A stretch of 60,542 nucleotides of DNA, filler included, from Jimgerdemannia flammicorona (taxonomy: Eukaryota), in the NCBI GenBank assembly GCA_003990765.1. It is 3 parts of 3 records of this genome, joined end to end, with 100 filler letters (N's around TTAATTAATTAA, not from the genome) between each part and the next. Parts side by side here need not be neighbours in the genome. Positions count along the whole stretch, not along the records: positions 20,217 to 40,331 come from RBNJ01001757.1; positions 40,432 to 60,542 come from RBNJ01001758.1; 1 more part is not named here. One strand, written 5' to 3'. The position numbers and the translations under genes were made by a program. How positions within the stretch are numbered: position 1 is the stretch's first letter; every line of letters begins with the position of its first letter. This document shows, piece after piece, positions 38,785 through 51,423 of the stretch. The notes beneath the pieces were generated by a model. The model made no database searches. It saw only the letters and a list, made by a program, of their open reading frames with translations, and had not been told where the DNA came from.

Positions 38785-40331
38785 TGTAACAGTGACTTCA
38801 GAATAATGATATTAGTACAGGAGACAGTCTTTCCTTACAAGCCACCAGATTGAAGCACAAGAAGATTATATAACATATGAGATAAGCAATGGTGACCAAC
38901 TGTGAGTCATTGTGACCATAGTATAGTATCTTGAGAAATATAAAAGAAGGATCAAGGAACTGCAGTAACAGCAACCAACAAGACCTACCAATCCCAAAAT
39001 AGCTCAAAGACTCACTATAAATGAAATGCCTGCTGTCTGCCAAACCTCAAGGTCAAGGAACCACCAAGGCACCTTGGTTGAAGAGAGGATATTTCAAGAC
39101 ATCAGAAGAGCCATGAGGACCCACTTAAGAAGGACTTCTAGTGTCAATCTGAGTACTGATGACCCTTATCACTATATCCTCTACTACTGTGAAATGGAAA
39201 TCAGGATCACTATTGCTACCAAATATCTCCAAATATGGCAGGAGCATAAAATAGGAAACCTTCTCTGCTGGGAGTTCCCACAGGCCAGTACTCAAGAGCT
39301 ATAAGATACCACTCCCATAGATATATGTGAAACAAGGACAGCTAAGAAGATCCATCAGATCTTCAGGCATACATCATGGTTGATCCCAACTTAGAGTATA
39401 TTAGAGTCTCAGATTTCAGAGACCTGTCATCCTACCATATCAATGCACTAGAAGCCAGGGTGGCTACAGAGGCCCAGTCCACTATCACTCTCAATAGTGA
39501 TGAAGTAGAAGACTTCTAGCATCCTATCCTTCAGGACAACCCAGACCAATTCTTGCAAGGATTGATCTCAGTATTCTAAGACCCAAGTATCCAGATTAGA
39601 CCTCCCCAAGACCCCACATTTGTTCTCTATTTTGTGGAAGAGAACCTCATAGATTGGAGAGCCCCCAATTTCCCTGCCATCAAATGTGTTAACATCATTG
39701 GTAATGATGTCATCCCACATGATATATGCAAGACATATAATGAAGTATGTGAAGTATGTGAAACACATAACCTATACAATGACAACAACAAGACAAATGA
39801 GATGTTCATAGATCTTATCTCCTTTGAAGACATCCTGACCTCTGATGATGAAGCCCTTATAATCTTGAACATTCTGCTCTAAGTCCCCTGGTAACACTGA
39901 ATAATGCCAGTACTAATATTCTGATGTAACACTGAATAATGCCAGCACCAGTATTCTGATGTGACACTGAATTATACCAGAACCTTGAACCTATACAACC
40001 ATCAGTACTGACCCTAGAACTTAGCAGTTTTTCTTATCCTGGAATTTTATTTTAGTTATTGGAATTTATATTTAGCTTTATTTCTTAGTAACTATTGAAT
40101 TATATTTTGTATAAATACCCCTCTTATTTCCTCTGAAATAAAGTCAGTCTTCTCAGTGCAATATACACACTTTCTTGCAAGCAATCTAAGAGATAACAAG
40201 ACAGTTAAAGATAAGAAGTTTGAGGACTATAAGACCTTGGGAAGGCACTCCAATAAGAACTTGCTTATAACAAACTTGAGTTAGTCTAAGAGATACATCT
40301 TGAAGAGAATCTGGCATATTTGAAGGACTCA
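38785..40331 (+). mobile_element. ORF-bearing LTR-like unit, disrupted copy, cut by contig end
   Basis: Starts TGTAAC in a (TA)n tract and is collinear with 57249-58772. ORF 39026-39882 is broken by TAA at 39302, a frameshift near 39385 and further stops. Confidence 0.9.
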
Positions 40332-40431
40332 NNNNNNNNNNNNNNNNNNNNNNNNNNNNNNNNNNNNNNNNNNNNTTAATTAATTAANNNNNNNNNNNNN
40401 NNNNNNNNNNNNNNNNNNNNNNNNNNNNNNN
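40332..40431. other. Artificial contig linker (N44-TTAATTAATTAA-N44)
   Basis: Same 100-nt cassette as 20117-20216. Confidence 0.98.
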
Positions 40432-40439
40432 TTAATTAT

Positions 40440-43400
40440 AAGGACTTTTATAAATAAATCTCACCCAATCCTACAGAGAAGCTTCTTCTCTCCCTCACTA
40501 TTCTCCTAAAATACTACCCTCTCCTCTGCCATCCCAATCCTCCTCCCACTCTTCCTATAGATTATCTCTACTAGTTGTCTCTAATACCCCCCACCAGCCC
40601 CCCCACTCCCTTCACCACCCATTCAATAAGTCTATCATCAGCCACTCCTATCTAGCAACCCTTACTCCCAGTATTAGCCATTGACTCTTCTCAAATACAT
40701 ATAGCCAATATTCAGCAAGCTTCATCCAAGTAGCTAGCACTCACTCTAGTGTCAGCTACTCATTCTTTAACTTCCCCACCAGCCTCCTCTGGAGGTCTCC
40801 CCACCTCCCTCCCATCCCCAGCTCTGGTGGGTATACCTCTAGCCATATCTCAATTACTCTCCAAAAGTTACCCATCACCTCACACTCTCCTAGCCAATGT
40901 TCAGAAGCCTGTACCACTCCTCCCTCTTGTCTGATATTTAGATACTCCTCACACTCTCAAGTATCTCTTTCCACCAAGTGACCTGACTGATAGTTCAGTC
41001 TTATATTGCACTGTAGCAGTCTCCACCATACCACTCAGAACTTGGAGGGAATCTATCTTTCTGTCTACTTATTCTATAATTAAATACCATGCAAATTCCA
41101 CTCTTCTCCAATCCTCACTCCCTGCCATAACTCAGGCCACAGATCTCTTCTATGCTTCTAAAGACACTCCATACTATCCTCTAAGCAGAAGTCATCTACC
41201 AATAGAAGTTAGTCTCACCTCTACATCTGGGGTTCTCAGTCTTCCTCCCCCTCATCACCCCACTATTGGAGACCAATATGGTGAGCCCCATTAACTACTC
41301 TCCACCAGAATTCTCTTAAGTACATCCTCTGACTCCCCTCTAAGACTACCAGAGATAGTAGGTCTCCAGTCATACTATAGGAGGAGAACCAGGTCTCTCA
41401 TACCCTCTGTATGAGGGGAACTCACTCTCCACCCCTCAACTTGCTAGCTCACTTCAGCCACTATGCCCATAAGCAATGAAGGTGCTTGGGAAAATCCACC
41501 AGACCCAGGCCTTTCTGGTCCACTGGTAAGGTCAATACCTCTTAGCTAATCTGACTCCTTCACCCTGCTCATATCTAGATCCTAGTCATCTTCAATAATC
41601 TCTTGACCATCTATGCTGAAAAGTCTAAGTGAGACTACATGTACTATAGCTTAGGCAATCAGTATACATTCAGCACCATCACTCTCTCTGCCAGAGATAT
41701 ATAATGACCACCTTACTCTAAGAGAGTATGCCCCCACTCTGCCAACTGCTGCTCTTACTATCTGTGAGATAATAAGGAACCATATACTGAGAAGTAGATC
41801 CCCAGATAGTGAACAGCCTCTCCTATAGGAATAATTGTTTCAATTACATCTCTGCCTACTATCTCTCCTCTCAACACCAAAGTCTCACACTCATGTCAGT
41901 TGAGCTTAGCATCTGAGCACCCCTCATACCACTCTACTATACCTTTTAGCACCACTACATTCTCTACCAACTCTAATCTGATTACTATATTATCAGCAAT
42001 AGCTCCCACCTTCCAATTAACCCCTAGAATGTCCAACCCCCCCACCTTTCACTGAATCCTATCCAAAAGAGGCTCCAGGTACAGCACATATAGAATCAGC
42101 AATAGTGGAACCCCCTGCAGCACTTCTCTGCTCAGAGGGAATGAAACCTCCTTATATCTATTCATTATAATTACTGCCTAACTTCCTTCCAGCAGACTGA
42201 CCAAGACCCACTGGACCCCAGGGGGGACCTCTATATGCTTTAGTACTCCTTCCAACCATACTTGCTGGACCTTATCATAGTCCTTCTCTTGGTCTCAAAA
42301 AACCAGCTATCTATCTACCCTAGTGGTATAAGCTTCTTTAATGATACCATACATCTAGGCTGTCCTGACTCTGATCAAATATCCCCCTACAAATCCTCTC
42401 TGCTCAGCCCCCAGTATCTGCTGAGCCACTCCTTGCAGCCTAGTTATCAGTATCTTCATGACCAGCTTGCAATCCATATCTAAAAGAATAATTGGTCTCT
42501 AGTTTTTCCACTTCTCTCTCCTCTCCTTATTCTTAAACAGCAGAGCCACAAGACCCAAGCACTGCCACTCAATTCTCACCCTTGAGCTAATGACTTCATC
42601 ACACATCTCTATCATCTCCTTCAGAATCAGCATGACTCCTGCCATCTTCTTCCAAAAATCCCACAGTAATCTATCTTCCTTTGGTGCTATCTCTGAGCTC
42701 ATCATCATCAGTACCCACTGAATCTCCTCACCTCTGACAGAAGCACTAAGGTTACCTAAGCCTACTGCTAGGTCAGGGTGTCAAGCCTCCAGGTATCTGT
42801 CAATGTCTGGCACCCCCACCCCCCCTTCCTCCTCACTCCACAATTGTCCTTACTGTATACTCAACTGGTCCAAAATTTCTAGGATACCAACAATCAACTT
42901 CCCTGCATCATCCAATACTCCCTCCCATCTCTACCATACTCTCCTCACCTACAGAAGATATGACAAAAACTTTGTAGGCCTCTCTCCCTTCTCCAACTCC
43001 TGCTACCTCAGTTGAGCCATCATACTCTGTACCTGTAGGTCTTCCTCCTGTCTCAGCAATCCCTTCAACTCCTCCACCTCCAGCTGGATCTGCTGGGTCC
43101 TCCAATTCCTCTCCTCACTATTATTCAGCAGATCTGCTTAAGTTACCAACAACCTTGCCAACCTCTGGGAGACTCACCTCACTTACTTCCTCCTCTGAGT
43201 ACTATTATCCTTCCTGCCTCCCCCCAGTACTATTGCATATCTGACTTCAGTCACCTCCAATGACTCCCAATCAGCAGCCTCTTTACTCTCTAGCCAAGTA
43301 TCCTGGAGCTAATGTCTATCACTCATATATCCTATAAGGAGACCTCTCCTAGTAATGAGGTATTCAGGTGCTAATGTCCAGACTCCTCCCCATTTTCCCC

Positions 43401-46143
43401 AAAACTTCCCTCTCCCAGAAGGCCCCAGTAATTGGACCATGAGTACTAAATAGTTTTCAAAGTTCTCTAGATATTGACTTTCCAGCATTCAGCAGTTAAT
43501 ACCCAGTTAATCCTTGAGCCCAATCCTGCCACCCAGTGAGTATAGACCCTACAATCTCCCCATCTAAGTCTTCCAGTATCTACTAAAGAACTCAGCTATT
43601 TAACTTCCTCCTAGACTTCCATATCACTACACCTACTAGCTATCCCCCTTCCCCCATCAGTTCTGTCCATCTTCTCATCATATATCATATTGAAGTCCCC
43701 ACCTAGACAGTCTATCTCTGTCTTCACTAATGCTCTAGACTCTTGTAGCCCTCAAATCCATTCTATCCTCTCTCCCCTTTCTGCTGAACAATAATATGAT
43801 CCAACAGTCAAGGGTCTTTAGCCCAGCCTCTTCCAAACTCCCCACACTACCCTGCTCCTCCAGTATTCAATATCCCCAATCTCTCTCTCACTCTTTCTAA
43901 CCAGAATGCCCACATGTCCTCACCAAATAGCCTCACTACCCCATTCCTTCATCCAGTCCAGAATATCTAAGTTTTCATTGCACCCAACATTCTGTAGTAG
44001 AAATAAATCTATATCTAGTCCCTTCAGCCAGCTGAAGATATTTCAATGCCTCACCACTCCTCATAGCCCATTGATATTCAAAAAGAAGATTCTGGTTATA
44101 CTCTTCATATTGAATAATGTCTTTTAAAGAACAGTCACCCACTCTACAATTCTATGCTCACTGCATCACCAGCAATATTCAGATTTCTCTCTGTCTCAAG
44201 CTCATCTACCTCTCTCTGCTGAGCCTCCAATATCTTCAAGATCTCCTAATAATCAGAACCATCCACTGCTTCTATATCCATCCAGTACTTCTTGCACACC
44301 ATCTGCTACTTTGCCAGTCCCTTCCTCAGACCCTACAGATATGTAGTCCAGTTATTTGCAATTACCAGAAGTACTACCTCTCTTTCATGATCCACTTGAT
44401 ATATCTCAGCCTCTAGCAAAGCTGCTATTATCTCATCCCAGAGTTTCTGCAGCACCTTCTCACCTTACAGGATTTCACCCTAGTGTCTTTTGCTTAGTAT
44501 ACAAAAGTCCTAGGTTCTTAGTTGCTATATTCACCAGTATTTTCCATAGTCATTTCTCTCCATCAACAGTCTCCTCTACTCTCTAGGCCACCCCCTTCCC
44601 CTCTTCCACCTGCTCTCCCTCTGCATTCATCCTTACTGACTCATCCCAATCCTTCTCTAGCATATCTTACAATTTGTCATCTTCTCGGGCCCCTGCTGGC
44701 ACCCTATACTGAGGGGCTCCTTCTCTACCATCTCTTTATTTTCCATAACTATACTCTGTTCTGAGCCTCTGTTCTGAGCCTCTGCTCTCTCCTGAGATCT
44801 CCTTTGGTATCACTCCCTTCTCCCCTATCTAGGTACTTGCCCTCAACCCAATATCTTCAGTAGTAGTGATGATCTCTCTCCTCTACCCCCTCTCTCAACT
44901 TTGCCAATAGATCCTTCTGAATACACCTCTTCTATATCCTCTCCCAGACTGCCTGATCCAGCCACACCTTCTTACCATTCATGATCTCTACTACTGTCTT
45001 GGCCTCAAACTCTTTCCAGGGCAATCTCTTTCTCTCAATAGCCTCAGTCAGATTCTCAAATGTCTTCAGCAAGTCCTCATCTTCTTCTGATATCCCTTTC
45101 ACTCTTAAGATCTTACACTCCACAGGTCTCCATTTGAGGACCACTGGTCAGTTCCTTGCTTTCTCCATATTCTTCTTATCTACCAGTCATACTCTGATAT
45201 CTACATCTCTTGTCCTGAACTCTATGTCTTCACAGATCCAAAATCCAACATCCACAATATCTCTATACTTCTTGATGGCCTCTACAATCAACCTTCTGGC
45301 CATCTTCTTCAATACTATAGATATATCCACCACTATCAACTATACCACTTGAGGGTTCCAGTACAAGTACCTGGCTATAAAGATTGCTACTCCCCCTGCT
45401 ACCACTCCCTTCTCCATCACTTTCAGTAGTATATTCTCCTTCTTGAAGCCCACCTCTACCCCTTCCAGACTCTTTAAAAATTTCACTGAGGCTGCTTCCT
45501 TCATCTCTTGGGCCAGAAGCCTCAGAATCATCCTCATTATTACTGCCAAGCCCTGGAAATACAATGTGATGGCAAATTCAGACCTTGATTTCTTGAGTAA
45601 CAGTGCTGCCATCAGACCTATTATACTATCTGCCAGGTCTCTGGGCCTTGTGCCCACCCTCTGTCTAGATCTACTATCAACCATCACAACTGGATTTTTT
45701 TTCCAGATTAGTAGTCCTCTTGCTATTAGTAGTCCTGCTCCCCCCAGCCACTACTTCCCCAGCCCCACTGCTCTCACCACCATGGACCACACAACTAGGC
45801 TCCACAGCTCTCACTATCTCCTTACTCTTCCTCTACCAATCCTCCAATCCAGTTGATAGCTACTCCCCCTTCACCTTATTAGCAAAGCTCATCCTCCCAG
45901 TCCTATATCTCTCAGCACCACCTCCTCCCCTTCTATGTCCTCTAGCTAGTAAGTTCTGCATACTTTCCCTTAAGCCATAACTCCTCTCTACATACTGCCA
46001 GTCAAATGTACTAGGGCCACCCTACTCAGTATATACCTCAGAATACTTGTTGGTCACTATGTTTCCAATACCTATACTTCAAAAATGATATTGTGAGTAT
46101 TACCAGAAGTTTGTATAATCTGAATATTACTGAAGAAAGGTGC
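40440..46143 (-). mobile_element. Near full-length LINE copy D, degenerate
   Basis: 5' end GCACCTTTCTTCAGTAA at about 46143. ORF1 pieces at 45687-45340 and 45144-44932, ORF2 start near 44108, RT piece 42708-42499, 3' end near the contig edge. Confidence 0.92.
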
Positions 46144-46149
46144 TCAAGA

Positions 46150-48070
46150 GTGGGATTCTGATATAGATTATAGCTCTAGTAGAAAGTGTATGAGGAGTAC
46201 AAGAAGAAGATAAAGACCAAGAATAATGAGAAGATTACTGAGATACTGGCTGAATTGGATACTAAAAAGGTTAAGGAGGAGGAAGTAAATGTGGAGTATG
46301 ATCTGAACTTAGCTTAGAAGGAGATGAGTGTGAAATTATAAAGGAGATAGGACTACAACTTGCTAATATTTTTTATGAACAGTATAACTAATATTTTCTT
46401 ATTGAATATAAATAATTTACAGGGCTCTGTGAGATATAGAAATGTTTTTGCTTAGCTGCAGAGTTTAGAGACTGATCTTTTTCTGCTATAGAATATATAC
46501 TGAGAGAAAAAAGTAGATAAGCAGATATAGATGAGAGAGTGGAATAGTACAGGGGTTTGGAGAGGTAAGATGAGGGTACTGATATAAAGAGATAAGAAGG
46601 AACTATATAAGATTATGGGATGGAGAGACTACTTAGTATAGAGGAAGTAGTAAAAATCAGAGTAGAATTCAGTAATAGTAGGCTCTTACTATTATCTAGT
46701 GATTAGAAGTGACTGACTAGAGTAGCTAGATAATCTTTATAAGTGTAGCATATTTGCTAAAGCTAATATAGATATACTGAATAGGGACTTTAATATAATA
46801 CAGAATATACTATTAGACAGAACTGATAAAGAGAAATATATAGTGGACTATAGTGGTGGTTTGAATATTTAAGAGGAAATAAAATATCTGAGTACCTTAG
46901 TAGATACTAGTAGAATGTTGTGAGGTAATAGGAGAGTTTATACACATTGAATGAATAGACTTAGAATAAGAATTAACTAGATGCTAACTGCTGATTACTG
47001 GAAAATAGAAGTCTAGGTAGCTCTGGAGGTAGAGTAGTACTTATGGTCTGATCATTGAGGGCTTTTGGAGTATGATCTGTTTAGGAGAAGTAGAGATGGG
47101 CCTGGATATTAGCATCTTAATTCCTCTTTATCAGAGGTGAAGAAGTTATGAAATGCTTAAGTAAAGAATATTGAGATAAAGATTATTTACTGGAAATATA
47201 AGAGATCTTCAGTAAAGATCTATTAAGTGAAGTTGAAAAAGACTGCTAGGGTATATTGAAGTGAGAATGAAAGGTTTAAAGGGGCTCAGCAGTTGTAGCA
47301 GGTGCAGTGGGTCTCCTACAGAATAGAGAGATTATAGTTTGAGTAAGCAGAGATATTAAAGTGAGAGAATATAGAAGATTAGAGACTGAGATGAGCTCAG
47401 CTTGAGGTGAGAGTATTGAGAGAAGAGAAGAAAACTCATGTATAGAGATAGCAGCTCAGCTATAGTGGTAGAGGCTTGAGAAAGATAAGAGATCTACTAA
47501 GTATCTATCTAGGCTTCTTTAGACAAAAAGGGTGATATGGCAGTAAGATAGAGTACTAGATAGGAAGAGTACTCTGGTAAGGATTTTGGGTTCTTTGAAG
47601 GATAGATAGCAAGGTCTGAAGAGTGAGAAGAAGAGAGTATTGATAAGAAGGCTATTGAGTACTTTCTGAATAATTAATATCTCTCACTAGTTAATAGTAT
47701 TGGAGACTTAGTTCAGCTAGTCCAGAAGACTGAAATATTGAGTATCTTGTTAGCTACAAAACAGAGCATGGTTCCAGGTGAAGGTGGCCTGCCTTAAAAT
47801 GTTAAAAGAAGATGGTTAGAGTCTCAGGAGTATTGGGGGAGATAACAGTGCTATATGACTTTGTCCTTATATCTGGAGAGTAAATTGAGTATCAGGAACT
47901 CAGTCTGGTGATACTGCTATATAAACATAAAGACAGGAGAGAGGATTGGAAGAATTGGAGGCCAATTATACTTCTAGATATAGACAGAAAGTTAGTTATA
48001 AAGATGATTATTACAAGATTATAAAGAGTAGTCCAACAGATATTAGGGATTGAGCAGAGGAGTTTTGTTA
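46150..48070 (+). mobile_element. LINE fragment E (ORF1 end, APE, RT start), heavily decayed
   Basis: atgaacagtataactaatattttc ORF2 start at about 46375, with GDFN, SDH and EDWKNWRPIILLD remnants. Confidence 0.88.
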
Positions 48071-48927
48071 GGAGTTTTGTTGAGAGACTCTCTGGTGAAA
48101 GGGGTGCCTATAGTGATAGCTGTAGAGACAAGGTAGAGGGTAGTAGAGATGATGATAGAATATAGTGATATTGTAGATATTAGATTCTGGGTCTGAGAGA
48201 TGATCTCTTTCTGAATCAAGAATGTTGATAATAGGCTCAGGTTAGCTAGAAGAGAGGCTACTAGAAAGGCCTGAGACTAGTCATTAGTGATAATATAAGG
48301 TGTTTTATTTATAAGATAACAAGGATAAAGAGGAGTGAGGAGGAGGAGGAGGAGGATCTGCTTGAGATACTGGAGGACTTAAGTGGGGCAGTGAAGTATT
48401 GAGCAGAGGCATAGAGGAAATATGTGGCTTCTATCTACTTGAAGGTGGTGGATGGGAAGCATATTTGAATAGACAAGATACTATAGGAGAAGACTCAGGA
48501 GAGGAAGAGACAGAGAAATTTGCTGGCTAGATTGAAGGTAGGGCTAGTGGCTGGGACAGAGAAGAGCTCAGAGAGAGCACCAGAGAGTACTTGGATTACT
48601 ATCAGTATAGAGAGATAGGTAGAGAGTGAGGGAGTGAGCAGAGAAGTGAGGGATCAGCAGCTTTATAATGATGGTGTGCTTGAAGTATGGGAGGAGGAGG
48701 TAGATAATATACAGACTGTAGTCTCTAAGCAGAGGACTGGCAGAGATGTTGAAATAATGGATACCTATAGAGTTCAGTTTGGGGTGTCTGATGTCACAAA
48801 AGGGGGCAGAGTGGTTGGCATCAAGATAGATGAGTTAGTGGATATTCTAGAGGAGGTATGAGATAAGGCTGTAAGTACTAAAACTGATATTATGATATTA
48901 ACTAGTGGGAGACCTGAGACTCCTGGA

Positions 48928-49477
48928 TAGTGCTCTGAATGAGTCAATTTAATCCAGATTGGATTCAGATTGGATTCAGATTGAATCCCATCTGGATCAA
49001 CTTGGATAGAAAATGAGCTGATCTGGATCAACTTGAATTGACTATTGTTTTGATTTCAAAATTAGATAATTAAATCATTACATCTATAACTTAATGAATA
49101 ATCATCTAATATTGATGATCTTGGTTTCATTTGAAAGCCCTTAATAAGGTCTTTCTAATTATACTAAGAACATTAAAATCGGATTACACCTTGCTGAGCT
49201 ATCAAGAAAAACATTATTTTGAAGAAATTTCCAAAATCAGCAAGTCAAAAATTGCTGAGTTGGATATTTTCCTTGATAACTCAGCAACTCATGATCCAAT
49301 TTCAATGTTCTTGATATTATTAGAGAGGCCCTATTAAGGGCTTTCATATGAAACTAAGATCATTAAAATTGAATGATTATTTGTCAAGTTATTGATTTAA
49401 AACATTTAATTGTCTAATTTGGAAATCAAATCAATGGTTGATTTGAATTGATCTAGATCAGCTCATTCAGAGTACTA
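48928..49477. mobile_element. hAT-related MITE (550 bp)
   Basis: TIR TAGTGCTCTGAATGAG / CTCATTCAGAGTACTA, similar to the hAT end at 9828. Degenerate 8-bp TSD ctcctgga / cttctgag (differences are transitions). Long internal inverted repeats. Confidence 0.88.
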
Positions 49478-50969
49478 CTTCTGAGGAAAAGAATATTGGG
49501 AACTTATAATAAATATATATAATGATATATTATCTAATAGCAGAGGAGTTGGGTGAGATGAACTTAAGAGTAACCAGTAAGGAGCACTGGAAAAGGATCT
49601 TGTGAGGGGATGGTGTAGTGGAAGCTCTGAAGTCTGAGGTATTGGCAGTGTATCTAAAGAAGGAGAGTTACAAAGTAGATACTATAATAGAGGTAAAATT
49701 GACTGTAGCTGCTAGAGAGTAGGCTATTTACTGGAGGAAGAAGTGAGATGGTTTTCTACTTTGACAAGAGATATATCTGATGTATAAGGAAGAGATAGAG
49801 GAGAAGGACAAGGAGAAAATAGCTGAACTTCTAGTGGGACTAGAGACTAAGAAGGTAGAGGATGAGGAGGCTACTACAGGATATGAACTAGATATGGCCA
49901 GAGAGAAGATGAGTGTAGGACTTTGAAGAGGCTGGGACTCTTATATTATTATTTACTATGAATAGTATAACTAACATTTTCTTACTAAATGTGAATAGTT
50001 TGAGGGGCTCTGTGAGATATCAACAAATTTTCTCTTAGCTGAAGAGATTGGAGGCCAATCTCTTTCTTTTGCAGAATATATACTGAGAGGAGAACTTGGA
50101 TGGGCAGGATTGGACTAAAGAATGGGGCAGTGTAGCAGTTTGGAGGATCAAGGTTGGAATTCTAGTACAGAGTAGCAAAGATAAACTTTGTGAGGTTGGA
50201 GGCTGGAGTGACAGATTGGTTTGAAAGAAGTAGTATAGGTCAGGGTAAAAGTCTGTTATTGTTGACTTCTGTTATTATCTAGCAGTATATAGTGAGCAAA
50301 TTGAGTGATTAGAGGAACTCCAGGAGGGTGGGATGCTGGCTGAGGCAGGAGTTGATGTACTTGGAGATAACTTTAATATGGTTTATAATGAATTATTAGA
50401 CAGAACTGATCAAGGGAGAAGTGCTGGTAGCTGTAGTGATGGTCTGGAGATATGGGAGGAGATAGAGAAATTGGGCTCTTTGGTAGATATCAGCAGAGTA
50501 ATGTGGGATAACTAGTAGATCTATACTCACTGAGTGAATTAACTTAGAATAAGGATTGACTAGATACTAATAACTGATTACTGATTAAATATATAGAGAA
50601 TATTAGAGGTTGAGTGGTACTTATGATCTAACTATTGAAGATTGTTAGAGCATAGTCAGTTTAGAGAAAGTAGAGATGGATCTAGACATTAGTGCCTTAA
50701 TTCCTTCTTGCTGGCCAAGCAAGGGCTATGAGATGCTTGAGTGAAGGACATTGGCCTGAAGATCATTTGCTGGAATCAGGAGAAGTATCCAATCAGAGTA
50801 TGATGAGCAAGGCTGAAGGAGGCTGCTAGGGTTTATTGAAGAGAGGCTGATAGATTTACTAGAAGGCAGCAGTATAGAAGAGTGAGGTGGTCCTCAGTTT
50901 GGTTGGTCTAATTGCAGATAGATTGTGTAGATGTATTGGGCCTAGAGGCAGGAGATTATTGGTGACTAG

Positions 50970-51423
50970 TATGATAGTTCTAGTTTCTTTAAGAGAAAGT
51001 AGCTAAGACTAGCAATTCTGATAGACCTAAAGTTACTTAAAGAGATACTTAATGGTTTAAGTATTCTTAAAGGAATTCTAAGAAAGCTTTATTTAAGTAG
51101 AGAATAAGGATATTTATACAGGATCTGAAAGAAAGATCTGGAAGGATCTCAGAAAAGAAGAGAAAAGTCAAGAAATAAGTTCTCAACAAAGATAAATAAT
51201 AATATTCTACAATGTTCCAAAAGGTTCTATAATTAGCTAAGACTTGAGACTTAGTACTAAAAAAAGACAAGAATATTCTAGTGAAGTCTTGGTACCAAGA
51301 GAAGATTTCTAGACATTCAGAAGATACTGAAACATAGTAGAATATATAAGAAAAGATAAGAAAAGACCAGTAAAAAGACATAAAAAAGTACTAAAACTAA
51401 AATATGATTATAAAATTATTACA
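50970..51423 (-). repeat. 3' LTR of the chromovirus
   Basis: Direct repeat of 56536-57001; adjacent PPT. Confidence 0.93.
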
